From Planctomycetota bacterium (GTDB lineage Bacteria > Planctomycetota > MHYJ01 > WSZJ01), in contig JBBTCT010000029.1 in NCBI GenBank assembly GCA_038060895.1, positions 1 through 64,000 on the forward strand: a stretch of DNA of 64,000 nt, read 5' to 3'. The notes under the pieces are model-generated. The model was not told the DNA's origin. It saw only the letters and a program-made list of their open reading frames with translations, and ran no database searches. Shown in pieces: positions 39,547 to 49,088 of this stretch (the stretch's first letter is position 1; each line of letters begins with the position of its first letter). Both the position numbers and the translations under genes were made by a program.

Positions 39547-40296
39547 ATGTCGCGCCGGGTTCCCTCCTCCCACCTCGCCGGGCTTCCAAGCCCTTCCGGC
39601 GGCAAGTTCTGGCCGCAGACCGCGTGGGACCTCGTGCGCCGGGCCCGCGATGCATCGGGAGCGGAACGTGAGGAAGCGCGCAAACAACTGCTGACGTCCT
39701 ACTACAAACCCGTTTACCGCTTCTTCGGCCGAGTGCTGCGCGTCGGCGCCGGCCGCGTCCAGGATCTCACTCAGGAGTTCTTCGCACGCTTCATCGAGAA
39801 GGACTTCCTGAAGAACGTGAAGCGCGAGAAGAGCTTTCAGAACTTCCTGAAGCTCGCCTGTCGTCGCCACTACATCAACTGGTGCGAGGCGGAGCGCCTG
39901 CGTCACGGGGGTTCGCGGCCGAATGTGCCGCTGGATGAGTTCGGCTCCTCCGTCGAGGCGCCGCTTGAGGAAGAACGATTCGGCCGTCTGTTGGACGATG
40001 AGCTTCGGGCGGCGCTGCTCGCGGGCGCCATGGAATCGGTCCGGGCGACGCTGATGGCGGACGGCAGGGAGAAAACGTGGCGTGTCTTCAGTGCCCGGAC
40101 GAATCCGCCGCGCGGCGAATCGGCGGCCTACGCGGAACTCGCAAAGCAGTTCTCCATCAGCGTGTTTGACGTCGGGAACCGCGTGGCGGCCGCGCGAAAG
40201 CTGTTCCGGGAGGCCCTGCTCGACAGCGTCCGGCGGAACTGCGGGGATCCCGAGGAAGTTCTCTCCGACCTGGGATTGAAGAAGTTTCTCGATTAG
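39547..40296 (+). CDS. ECF sigma factor (kinase-associated type)
   Basis: FWPQTAWDLV, YYKPVYRF, DLTQEFF, C-terminal HTH YAELAKQF. Confidence 0.82.
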   Translation: MSRRVPSSHLAGLPSPSGGKFWPQTAWDLVRRARDASGAEREEARKQLLTSYYKPVYRFFGRVLRVGAGRVQDLTQEFFARFIEKDFLKNVKREKSFQNFLKLACRRHYINWCEAERLRHGGSRPNVPLDEFGSSVEAPLEEERFGRLLDDELRAALLAGAMESVRATLMADGREKTWRVFSARTNPPRGESAAYAELAKQFSISVFDVGNRVAAARKLFREALLDSVRRNCGDPEEVLSDLGLKKFLD

Positions 40297-40407
40297 TCAC
40301 ATTTTCCCGCCCGAATTCTTCACTTGCGCGGACGGCTCGCCGGATTAGTTCTCAGGAGTCCCCCGGGGGCTCCACGAAGCCCTCGCGTGGCAAAGGAGAA
40401 GACGGAC

Positions 40408-41811
40408 ATGAATGTCATCGGCCTGTCACTAACCAACCTCGCAACAGCGTTTCTCCTGCTGGCGGCCTCGTCGACGGGTTTCTCGCAGGCCACCGGCTGG
40501 TCTTCAGCAGACTCCATGGGGGTTCCCCGGTCCTTCCATGCGGCGGCCGCGCTTCCGGACGGCCGGGTCCTGGTCGCGGGCGGCCACAGCGGCAGCGCGT
40601 ACCTTGCCAGCGCGGAGGTCTTCGACCCCGCGACGGGCGCCTGGTCCGCTGCCGGCTCAATGAGCGTGACCCGGTACACTTTCACCGCCACGGCGCTTCC
40701 CGACGGCCGGATCCTGGTGGCCGGCGGCGACGGCGCCAGCGGAGTCCAGGCCAGCGCGGAGCTGTTCGACCCCGCCACGAACGCCTGGTCGGCCGCCGCG
40801 TCCATGAGTTCGCCCCGATGGGTCCACTCGGCGACCGCGCTGCTGGACGGGCGCGTCCTGGTAGCCGGCGGGGCCGGCGTTAGCTACCTTTCCACAGCGG
40901 AGATCTACAACCCCGCGACAAATACGTGGACGGCGGTCGGTTCCATGTCCGTGGCCCGGTACCACCACACGGCGACCCTCCTTGCGGATGGCCGCGTCCT
41001 GGTCACGGGCGGCGATTCCGGGGCAGTCGTTTCGAGCGCGGAGATTTTCGATCCATCGACCGATGGATGGACGCCAGCCAGCTCCATGAGTGTGCCTCGC
41101 TGGGGTCACAAGGCGACCATTCTTCCCGGAGGCCACGTCCTGGTAGCAGGCGGCTCCTCGATCAACTCGGGCGGCGGAGCGCTTTCCAGCGCGGAGACCT
41201 GGGATCCTGCGACGAACGCCTGGTCGTCCGCCGGCTCAATGAGCTCGGCGCGGTACCACCCCACTGCGACCACGCTTCCGGACGGTTCCGTCCTCCTGGC
41301 GGGCGGCACTGAGCTCCCCGACTCTGTCGCCAGCGCAGATGTCTACAATCCGGCCACTGGCAGCTGGGCGCCCGTCGCCTCCATGAGCTCCGCCCGGTAC
41401 TCCCACGTCGCAGCCCTCCTTGCGGACGGCCGCGTCCTGGTGGCCGGGGGACTCGGCGGAGGCGTGACTCTCTCCGGCGTGGAGGTGTATCAACCCTCGA
41501 CTTCCCCGGATGCCCAGGCCGTGATCCAGCAGTCCCTCGACTTCGTCGCGGCAATGTCAGCCCCCCAGTTCAAGGCGCCGGGCCACCGGAATGCCCTGAC
41601 CAACCTCCTCGAGCAGGCCCTTCTCGCTCTCCCCGGAGACCCCGCCCTGGCCCGCTCGAACCTTAACGACGCCCTCAGGCGTACGGACGGATTTCCGCTA
41701 CGGGGCGCCCTCGACGTCAACGGACCGGCGGGCAAGGATTGGGTCACTGATCCCTCGGCCCAGGCGATTCTCTACGAGGCGTTGGTCGAGGCGCTCGACG
41801 CCCTGCCGTAG
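40408..41811 (+). CDS. Secreted Kelch-repeat protein (7 blades) with a helical C-terminal domain
   Basis: Seven W-x5-M-x3-R...DGRVLVAGG...AExxDP repeats; AAGGAG RBS; signal peptide. Confidence 0.9.
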   Translation: MNVIGLSLTNLATAFLLLAASSTGFSQATGWSSADSMGVPRSFHAAAALPDGRVLVAGGHSGSAYLASAEVFDPATGAWSAAGSMSVTRYTFTATALPDGRILVAGGDGASGVQASAELFDPATNAWSAAASMSSPRWVHSATALLDGRVLVAGGAGVSYLSTAEIYNPATNTWTAVGSMSVARYHHTATLLADGRVLVTGGDSGAVVSSAEIFDPSTDGWTPASSMSVPRWGHKATILPGGHVLVAGGSSINSGGGALSSAETWDPATNAWSSAGSMSSARYHPTATTLPDGSVLLAGGTELPDSVASADVYNPATGSWAPVASMSSARYSHVAALLADGRVLVAGGLGGGVTLSGVEVYQPSTSPDAQAVIQQSLDFVAAMSAPQFKAPGHRNALTNLLEQALLALPGDPALARSNLNDALRRTDGFPLRGALDVNGPAGKDWVTDPSAQAILYEALVEALDALP

Positions 41812-42032
41812 ACAACGAGCTCTCCAGGAGAATTGACACGCGACCAGAAGGGGATCCGAGTCCACCATGAAGCAGGGGCCCGCGAGCGCGCTGGCCTCCC
41901 GGCTCAACGGGGATCCGGATCTCCTGGGTCGCACCTGCTGCCCATAGGGTGCAAATGCTCGGCGGCGATCGCATTTCGCAGTAAGTTCTTTTCGGGTCAA
42001 GGGTTGAGGAGAGACAGCGTGGGTGGTTTCGG

Positions 42033-42176
42033 GTGCTGGCGGAGCCAGGGAAGCAGCTCGGCAAGCAGGTCCTGAAGGCGATCGGTTCCATCGTTTCGCC
42101 GGACACCATCCTCGGCTGGTATCGGAAGTTGATCGCGAAGAAGGTCGACGGCTCGAGGCGGAAGCGCGGTCCCGGC
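42033..42176 (+). pseudogene. Fragment of an integrase-core/transposase gene
   Basis: [36 protein letters not shown] resembles the N-terminal VxPxTILxWxRxLIAxK segment of rve-type transposases; no catalytic core follows. Confidence 0.6.
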
Positions 42177-42307
42177 GGGGTGGTTCTGCCCGGGGCGCAG
42201 CCATCAAGCGATGGTCTGCAGCGAATTTCCGGAATTATTCAATCGACTGCGTCGGGCCCCTGATCTGTGGTTCGTCGGCACGGGGCCGATACGGAGACGC
42301 AAGCGAA

Positions 42308-42916
42308 ATGAGCAGATTCCTCCTGGCGGCTTTCCTGGCAACCCTCACCGGCTGTTCTTCCTATCGCGGGACTGCCCAGACCTTCGAAGGAGACGACCTG
42401 GCCGCGCAGGGCTGGATTGCGGTGCGGGACGTGAGGTTAGTGGCGCAGGAAGAGTCGAACGACTGCGGAAGTGCCGCCCTGGCGATGGTCCTCGGGTACT
42501 GGGGCCACGAAGCGGACGCCCGTTCGATTTCGGAGGCGTGCCACCTCGAGCCGGGAACCGGCATCAGCGCCGGGGCGCTTCGCGAAGTTGCGCGTGCCCA
42601 CGGCCTGCGCGCCTACGTTCTGGCGTCGTTCCTGCCGGATCTGGTCCGGGAACTCAGCCGCGGAAGGCCTGTCGTGGTCGGGTTGGTCAAGCCGGTTGCC
42701 GCCGGGGCGCTGGCCCACTTTGAAGTTGTCGTCGGCATTCACCCGGAGAAGTTGCTGGTCGCGACGCTCGATCCGGGTCACGGCTATCGCAGCAATTCGT
42801 TCGATGGATTCCTCGCGGAGTGGCGGTCCGCGGGGTTCGTGACGCTCGTGGTCTTCCCGCCCGCCCAAAAACCCGCCGCGCCCGTCCCGGCGCTGGCCTT
42901 AGGAGAAAAGCAATGA
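42308..42916 (+). CDS. C39-like cysteine peptidase lipoprotein
   Basis: Lipobox LTGC; Q-x5-CGSAALAMVL, HFEVVVG, LDPG catalytic pattern. Confidence 0.85.
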   Translation: MSRFLLAAFLATLTGCSSYRGTAQTFEGDDLAAQGWIAVRDVRLVAQEESNDCGSAALAMVLGYWGHEADARSISEACHLEPGTGISAGALREVARAHGLRAYVLASFLPDLVRELSRGRPVVVGLVKPVAAGALAHFEVVVGIHPEKLLVATLDPGHGYRSNSFDGFLAEWRSAGFVTLVVFPPAQKPAAPVPALALGEKQ

Positions 42917-43350
42917 AGCGACTCGCGATGGTGATGGTTCTGTCGATATCGACTTTGATTTACCCGGTGTCCAACGTCGCATTCGCAGGAGGCGCCGAGG
43001 GAACCGCGCAGGAAGAGAAGGACTATGAAGCCAGGGAAGCCGCGTCCGCGACGGTTTCTTCATTCTCCGGCGGATTCGTCGAGTTGTGGATCGGAGCGGC
43101 GCTCGTCGCGGCTGCCGTGATCCTCCTGCTACTCATTCTCAGCCCGGGCGGCGGCGGCGGCGGCGGTGGTGGTGGTGGCGGCGGCGGTGGCGGGTCGGAC
43201 TCGACAACTCCTTCCGGCGGCAACGACAGGCCGCTGGACTATACGTGTGGCTCCTGCCATGGGTCCGGATGGTCGATCAACGGTACCAACCAGGGCGATC
43301 ACATCTGCCCGATGTGTCACGGGACGGGCGTCGGGAGCGTCGGAAGGTAG
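42913..43350 (+). CDS. Exported double-glycine-motif membrane protein with a Gly16 linker and two CxxCHGxG motifs
   Basis: AGGAG RBS; ATGA overlap with the peptidase; signal peptide ending AFA; FSGG then a TM helix. Confidence 0.8.
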   Translation: MKRLAMVMVLSISTLIYPVSNVAFAGGAEGTAQEEKDYEAREAASATVSSFSGGFVELWIGAALVAAAVILLLLILSPGGGGGGGGGGGGGGGGSDSTTPSGGNDRPLDYTCGSCHGSGWSINGTNQGDHICPMCHGTGVGSVGR

Positions 43351-43355
43351 CTCGA

Positions 43356-43388
43356 CTGCGGAGGGGCGGAATCCCCGCCCCTCCGCAG
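43356..43388 (+). terminator. 14-bp stem-loop closing the C39 gene pair
   Basis: CTGCGGAGGGGCGG-AATCC-CCGCCCCTCCGCAG; no clear U tract. Confidence 0.6.
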
Positions 43389-43445
43389 GGCGTTTCAAGC
43401 GGAATGGATGCGCGTTCGCGGCCCCGCCGTTATCCTTGCCCGCCC

Positions 43446-44120
43446 ATGAACTGGTCCCGGCTCTTCATACAGAAGGAACAATTCGCCACCACGGCCTACA
43501 AGAAGGTCGAGTGGACGGGGGCTTTCGTGGAGATCGAGGGTGCAAAACTCGCTTCCGGGTTCGCCGAGGGCGGCAAGGCGAAGAAGCTTGGGAATGGCCG
43601 GTGCGAGCTGGAGACGCAGGGGGCGTTTGCGCCGGAGGCGCGCGGTGAATTGCGGGTGTCCATGAAAGAAGTGGATTTCTGGAGCGAATTTTCCAACGAC
43701 AAGGTTGCGTTCGGCGCGGGCGAGGATTCGATGCGCGTCCGGCTGGACGAGCCCTCGATCCTGCTCGAAGGCCAGCCGGTGGTCACGATCGAGAAGTCGC
43801 GCGGAAAAGCGGGCTACCTTCTGCTCGGGGCGACGAAGGGCGACCGGTTTCTCGGGTACATCCCGGCCTCGCTCAAGTCCGCGGGAGTCATGTCGTTCCT
43901 GTTCGGCACGAGCGCGCTGACGCCCTGGTTCATACCGGCGCGCGAGCCGTGGGGCGGGAAGAAGCTGATCGAGGCCGCGAAGGTCCCGCCGGAGATGGGC
44001 AAGGCGCTGGGCGACGCCGACGCCTGGAAAGCGCTGGAGGACAATGCGGGCAACCTTCTGCAGGCGCTTCTCGCCGCGCGGATTCTGTTCGCTGCGATGC
44101 AGTTCGTCCGGTACGGGTAG
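43446..44120 (+). CDS. Hypothetical protein
   Basis: Host-like codon usage and globular composition from ATG 43446. Confidence 0.7.
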   Translation: MNWSRLFIQKEQFATTAYKKVEWTGAFVEIEGAKLASGFAEGGKAKKLGNGRCELETQGAFAPEARGELRVSMKEVDFWSEFSNDKVAFGAGEDSMRVRLDEPSILLEGQPVVTIEKSRGKAGYLLLGATKGDRFLGYIPASLKSAGVMSFLFGTSALTPWFIPAREPWGGKKLIEAAKVPPEMGKALGDADAWKALEDNAGNLLQALLAARILFAAMQFVRYG

Positions 44121-44476
44121 ACCGAAGCGGGCCATCGCCGGAAAATCGGCCGTTTCCCCGGCCACTCGCGTAAAATTCCCGGCGATCGGGGAATGTTCAT
44201 TTTCTGCTGAACTCCAGTCCGACTGGTCCGGCGAGGTTCTGCGAGGGATTCACGGTGGCCAAAGCGGTTCCATTCCTGGGAGCGGACAAGTTTCAGGCGC
44301 TGTTCGAGCGCGTGCCGGGGCTCCACCTGGTCCTGTCCTCCGATCTCTGGCATCAAAGGTCCGCGAGGTCCTGGGCAGACCCTGATCCGACGCGAACCGC
44401 CAAATTCGGTGGCGCGCCCGTGCCTCGTGGGGTAGCCTTGCCCCCCCTTCACCCGAGCCAACGACGGAGAAATCCC

Positions 44477-45685
44477 ATGCCGAAGGCCCTGCGCCAGTTC
44501 ACTTCCGAAGCCGTCTCCCTCGGCCATCCCGACAAGGTCGCGGACCAGATTTCCGACGCCGTCCTCGACAACCTGCTCGAGCAGGATCCGCACTCGCGGG
44601 TGGCGTGCGAGACGATGCTGAAGAGCGGGCTGGCGATCGTGGCGGGGGAGATCCGGACGAAGGGGTACGTAGAAGTGCCGAAGCTTGTGAAGCAGGTGGT
44701 GAAGGAGATCGGGTACACGGACCCGACGAGCCCGTTCAACTGCTTCTCGGTCGGAGTGCTGACCTGCCTGGAGCCGCAGAGCGCCGACATTTCGGTCGGC
44801 GTGGACGAGAAGAAGGGGAAGGATCTCGGGGCAGGCGACCAGGGGATCATGTTCGGGTACGCGTGCAACGAGACGCCCGAGCTGATGCCGATGCCGATCC
44901 TGCTGGCGCGCAAGCTGATGAACCGCGCGGCCGAAGTGCGCGAGTCGGGGATCATGAAGTACCTGCGCCCGGACGCGAAGAGCCAGGTGACGGTCGAGTA
45001 CGACGGGGAAGTGCCGGTGCGGATCGACACGGTGGTGTTGTCGCTTCAGCACATGCCCGAAGTGGACGTGAAGAAAACGCTGACCCCGGACGCGATCGAG
45101 CAGATTGCGAAGCACGTGATCCCGGCGGAGCTGCTGGACAAGAAGACGAAGTACTACATCAACCCGACGGGGCGGTTCGTGGACGGCGGGCCGCAGGCGG
45201 ACTGCGGGCTGACGGGGCGCAAGATCATCTGCGACACCTACGGCGGGATGGGGCGGCATGGCGGCGGCGCCTTCAGCGGGAAGGATCCGACCAAGGTGGA
45301 CCGGACGGCGGCGTATGCGGCCCGGCATGCGGCGAAGAACGTCGTCGCGGCGGGGCTCGCGGACCGGATCGAGATCCAGCTGAGCTACGCGATCGGCGTC
45401 AGCGAGCCGCTCAGCGTGTACGTGAACACGTTCGGGACGGGGAAGATCAGCGAAGAGAAGCTTCGCGAGCTCCTGGAGAACAAGGACCTGTTCAGGTTCA
45501 GCCCCGGCGCGATGATCGAGCGCTTCCGCCTCCGCCGGCCGATCTACAAAGCCACCGCGCGGTACGGGCATTTCGGGATCAAGGACGAGTCGCGGTCGTG
45601 GGAGCAGACGGACATGGCGGAACGGCTGGCGGAGATCGCGGGAATCGGAAAAAAAAAGGCCGGTAAGTCGGCGGTAAAGGTCTAG
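44477..45685 (+). CDS. metK: S-adenosylmethionine synthase
   Basis: [49 protein letters not shown]; GGAG RBS. Confidence 0.98.
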   Translation: MPKALRQFTSEAVSLGHPDKVADQISDAVLDNLLEQDPHSRVACETMLKSGLAIVAGEIRTKGYVEVPKLVKQVVKEIGYTDPTSPFNCFSVGVLTCLEPQSADISVGVDEKKGKDLGAGDQGIMFGYACNETPELMPMPILLARKLMNRAAEVRESGIMKYLRPDAKSQVTVEYDGEVPVRIDTVVLSLQHMPEVDVKKTLTPDAIEQIAKHVIPAELLDKKTKYYINPTGRFVDGGPQADCGLTGRKIICDTYGGMGRHGGGAFSGKDPTKVDRTAAYAARHAAKNVVAAGLADRIEIQLSYAIGVSEPLSVYVNTFGTGKISEEKLRELLENKDLFRFSPGAMIERFRLRRPIYKATARYGHFGIKDESRSWEQTDMAERLAEIAGIGKKKAGKSAVKV

Positions 45686-45703
45686 GAAAAGTACGGCGAA
45701 GTC

Positions 45704-45765
45704 AAATCCCAACCCCAACCCCAACTCCAAAACGACCAGGACAGTTGGGATTGGAGTTGGGATTT
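45704..45765. repeat. Hexamer (CCCAAC / GTTGGG) inverted repeat after metK
   Basis: AAATCCCAACCCCAACCCCAACTCCAA ... TTGGGATTGGAGTTGGGATTT. Confidence 0.75.
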
Positions 45766-45811
45766 GTCGTCCGGCGAGCCAGGAATCGTCCCGCTGGCAG
45801 GAAGGCACGTA

Positions 45812-47317
45812 ATGCCGCCGAACCGCGGCGACGCTGTCGGGGCGCGCGTCGCGGCCGAGGGCGGACTCGCCCCGGCGCTTCCATCGCCGCTGAAGCGGTG
45901 GGCGCCCGTGCTCCTTCCAGCCGTCGCGGCGCTGGCGATCGCGCGCGAACGGTTCGCGGACCTGCCCTGGCATGACGAGGTGTACACGCTCCAGGTCTTC
46001 GCGGCGTCCGCCGGGAAGGCGCTGACCGACTACCACGCCCCGAACAATCACGTTCTCTTCAGCGCCGCGCTCGCCTTCTGGCGCGCCTGCACGCCGGGGG
46101 AGGAGTCGATCCTCTCTCTTCGCATTCTTCCCGCACTCTGCTTCGCGGCCTCGGCGGGCATCCTCGCCGCCGCGGTGCGGAGGATGGCAGGAAGCGCGTT
46201 CGGCGCCGCGGCGGGATGCCTGTTCGCGTCGCTCCATGTGACACAGAACTTCGCTCTTCAACTTCGCGGGTACGGTCCGTCGTGGCTTCCGATCGCTGGG
46301 GCGTTGTGGGCGGCCGTTGCCTGGATTGAGAAACCGCGGACGGCGCTGGTTGTGCTCTTCGCGGCCTGCGTGGCGTTTGCCGTCGGAATCCTGCCGACGA
46401 ACGTGTTCCCGGCGATGGCGCTGTCCGCGTGGGCGGCGTGGCCCGCGGTCCGTCTTGGGCGTCGCCGTGAGGCCGCGGTGTTCGCGCTGGCTCCCCTGGC
46501 CGGATTCCTCTTCTATGCGGCCGTCCTTCCGCAACTCCGCGCGCAGGCCGCGGGATTTGCGCCGCAGGTCAGCCGCGCCGGGTTTCTGGCCGACGCGTTC
46601 TTCTCAATCGCGAAGGACCTCGGCTGGCTCGCCCTTCCGGCCCTGATCGGACTGGCGGTCGTGATCCGTCGCGCTCGCTCGAGCGCCGCCCCCGCCTCCA
46701 CGGAGCCGGTCGCGATCCTCGCGCTCGCGGCGGCGGCGGCCGCCACAATCCTCGCCCCGGCGATCCTGCTGCCCCACGCCCCTTACCCCCGTGTCCTCGT
46801 CCCTGCCCTTCCGCTCCTCTGCGCTGCGGCCGCAGTCCTGAGTCGGGAAGCGTTCGTCCGGCTCGGAACGCCGGGCGTGCATCGGGCGGGGGTCGCGCTG
46901 GCCGCGGCCTCCGTCGTTGTCGGGCTCTGGCGCGAAGCGACCGCGGATGCTCCCCCTGCCGGCGCCCGGCCGCATTCCCTCTACCACCAGTATTTCCATC
47001 GCGGGTTCCGGCCGGACCTGGCGGTCGAGGCCGCCGCCTTATCCGGCAAAGGCGGCACGGTTCTCGTCCTCACCGACGACGCCGACCTGCTTTCCCTGAC
47101 ACGCGCGGCTCACGGCGTGCGCGCTCTCGACGTAAGGTTCTCCGGAACATTCGCTCCGTCTGCGGCCGGGCTGGCGGAAGCGCGGAAAGTCGCCGTCGCG
47201 GTCATTGCGACGGACGAATCGTCCGCACGCGGAGCGGTCCGGTCGCTGGGGGAGGTGGATCTTCAGGCGATTGCCGACACCGGGTTCTTCAAAGTCTGGC
47301 GCGTGACTTTCCGCTGA
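45812..47317 (+). CDS. GT-C fold (ArnT/PMT-like) membrane glycosyltransferase
   Basis: WHDEVYT after the first TM, PNNHVL, LRGYG; multiple TM helices. Confidence 0.7.
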   Translation: MPPNRGDAVGARVAAEGGLAPALPSPLKRWAPVLLPAVAALAIARERFADLPWHDEVYTLQVFAASAGKALTDYHAPNNHVLFSAALAFWRACTPGEESILSLRILPALCFAASAGILAAAVRRMAGSAFGAAAGCLFASLHVTQNFALQLRGYGPSWLPIAGALWAAVAWIEKPRTALVVLFAACVAFAVGILPTNVFPAMALSAWAAWPAVRLGRRREAAVFALAPLAGFLFYAAVLPQLRAQAAGFAPQVSRAGFLADAFFSIAKDLGWLALPALIGLAVVIRRARSSAAPASTEPVAILALAAAAAATILAPAILLPHAPYPRVLVPALPLLCAAAAVLSREAFVRLGTPGVHRAGVALAAASVVVGLWREATADAPPAGARPHSLYHQYFHRGFRPDLAVEAAALSGKGGTVLVLTDDADLLSLTRAAHGVRALDVRFSGTFAPSAAGLAEARKVAVAVIATDESSARGAVRSLGEVDLQAIADTGFFKVWRVTFR

Positions 47318-47319
47318 GG

Positions 47320-49077
47320 TCACTCGGGATTTGCGGCCTTCAGCCCCTGCTCGGCCGCCTTGATGTCGTCCACGCTGTGGTCGCGTTCGAAATCCGAAAG
47401 CGCCGCCCCCGCTTTCAGGTCGGCCAGCGCTCCCGCGAAGTCCTTCATCGTCAGCTTGATCCGGCCGCGATCACTCAGCCAGCTCCCGTACCGGGGAAAC
47501 CTCAACAGCGCCTCGTCATAGGATTTCAAGGCATCGAGGTTTCTCCCGAGTGATTTCAGGACCTTCCCCCGCACTCCGTGCGCCCAGGCGTGTTGAGGAT
47601 TCCGCTTCACAGCCTCGTCCGCATCCTCGAGCGCACGGGGAGCGTCGTCCCGCTTGAGCCTCGCCGATGCGCGCCCGACCCAGCCCTCCACGTTTTCGGG
47701 ATCGAGTTCAATCACCTTCGAGTAGTCGTCCTCGGCCCGGCGGAACTGGATCAGCCACATCGAGCACTCTCCGCGCAGAATCCAGCGGTGCGGGACATTG
47801 GGCGAAATCGAATTCGCGAGATCCAGGTCCCCTGCGGCCTCTTCGTACTTGTCGAGCGCCATGGCGCAGCGGGCGCGTTCCGTAAGCGCGTCCACGTGCT
47901 TCGGGTCGCTTGAGAGGATCCGGGACAGAATCGCCTCCGCGCGCCGCCACTCCTTCTTCGCCGTGAGGGCCATCGCATCCGCGAAAAGGTCCGACTGCGT
48001 GTCCGGCACTTGCAGGGAATTGGAGTCGCGGCGCGGCCACCCGAGTGCGCGCGCCGTCGCGACGATTGCCAGCGCGACGAGAAGAGTGCTGACGGTCGCG
48101 ACGAATGCCGGGTTGCGCCGGGTCCAGCGGGAGGCCCGATCCGCGACGGAAGCCGGACGCGCTGCGATGGGCTCACCCGCGGAGAAGCGCTCCAGGTCGT
48201 CCGCGAGCGCGGCGGCGGATTCGTACCGGCGGCGAGGATCGTGGTCCATTGCCTTCGCCACGATGGCTTCGAGGGCGATCGGGATGGCCGGGGCGACAGT
48301 GCGAAGCGCCGGCGCGCCGTCGCGACGCATCGCGGCGATGAAGGCATCCATGCCGGTGGTCTCGTAGGGCGGGCGTTTTGCCAGAAGGGCGTACAACGTC
48401 GCGCCGAGAGCGTAAACGTCCGTTCGCGGAGTGAGGGATCCACCCGTGACCTGCTCCGGCGACATGAAGTGCGGCGTTCCCAGCGCTGCGCCGCTCGCGG
48501 TTGTCCTGGAGGCGCCGTCGAGGGCCTTGGCGAGCCCCAGGTCAAGGACATGGATCCCCGCGGCGCTCTTCAGGATGTTGCGCGGTTTCAGATCGCGGTG
48601 GATCACGCCTTGCTCGTGAGCGGCTTGCACGGCCCGCGCAGCCGAGGCCACCGCCATAACGGCTCCGCCCACGTCCAGTCCAGCGAGGTCCAATGTCGGA
48701 CCGATGATCCGGGGCATGCTGAGCCACAGCGTTTCACCTTCCTCGCCGGCCTCGAAGACCGGCAGGATGGCGGCGTGGGACAGGCGGGCGCCCAGGCGCG
48801 CTTCCTCCATGAAGCGCCTTCGTGACTCCGGATTCAGGCCCGTGACGATCTTCAGCGCCACCTCGCGTTGCAGGTCGATCTGCCAGGCGCGACGAACGAT
48901 GCTCTGGCCGCCGCGGCCCAGTTCTTCCAGCAGCACGAACTTGCCGAACGCCGGCCCCTCGCGCTTCCACGCCTCAAACGCGTCGGGCGGCATCGCAAGC
49001 GACCCGGCGTCGCTGTCTTCGCTCGCCGCAAGGCGAAGCAGGCGTGTGAAGACGTGGTCAGGCAGGCTTGAGGGCAT
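47320..49077 (-). CDS. Ser/Thr kinase with TM and TPR domain
   Basis: GRGGQSIV, VALK, HRDLKPRN, DLG, MSPEQ; C-terminal TPRs. Confidence 0.9.
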   Translation of the reverse strand: MPSSLPDHVFTRLLRLAASEDSDAGSLAMPPDAFEAWKREGPAFGKFVLLEELGRGGQSIVRRAWQIDLQREVALKIVTGLNPESRRRFMEEARLGARLSHAAILPVFEAGEEGETLWLSMPRIIGPTLDLAGLDVGGAVMAVASAARAVQAAHEQGVIHRDLKPRNILKSAAGIHVLDLGLAKALDGASRTTASGAALGTPHFMSPEQVTGGSLTPRTDVYALGATLYALLAKRPPYETTGMDAFIAAMRRDGAPALRTVAPAIPIALEAIVAKAMDHDPRRRYESAAALADDLERFSAGEPIAARPASVADRASRWTRRNPAFVATVSTLLVALAIVATARALGWPRRDSNSLQVPDTQSDLFADAMALTAKKEWRRAEAILSRILSSDPKHVDALTERARCAMALDKYEEAAGDLDLANSISPNVPHRWILRGECSMWLIQFRRAEDDYSKVIELDPENVEGWVGRASARLKRDDAPRALEDADEAVKRNPQHAWAHGVRGKVLKSLGRNLDALKSYDEALLRFPRYGSWLSDRGRIKLTMKDFAGALADLKAGAALSDFERDHSVDDIKAAEQGLKAANPE

Positions 49078-49088
49078 GGGTTCGCATT

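Noticed and set aside
44121-44476. SAM riboswitch upstream of metK
   Set aside because: I could not find SAM-I, II or IV core motifs by eye; an Rfam scan is needed to exclude it fully.
45649-45657. Poly-A run near the metK end as a phase-variation tract
   Set aside because: It encodes the terminal Lys residues in frame, past the conserved domain, so slippage would have little effect.
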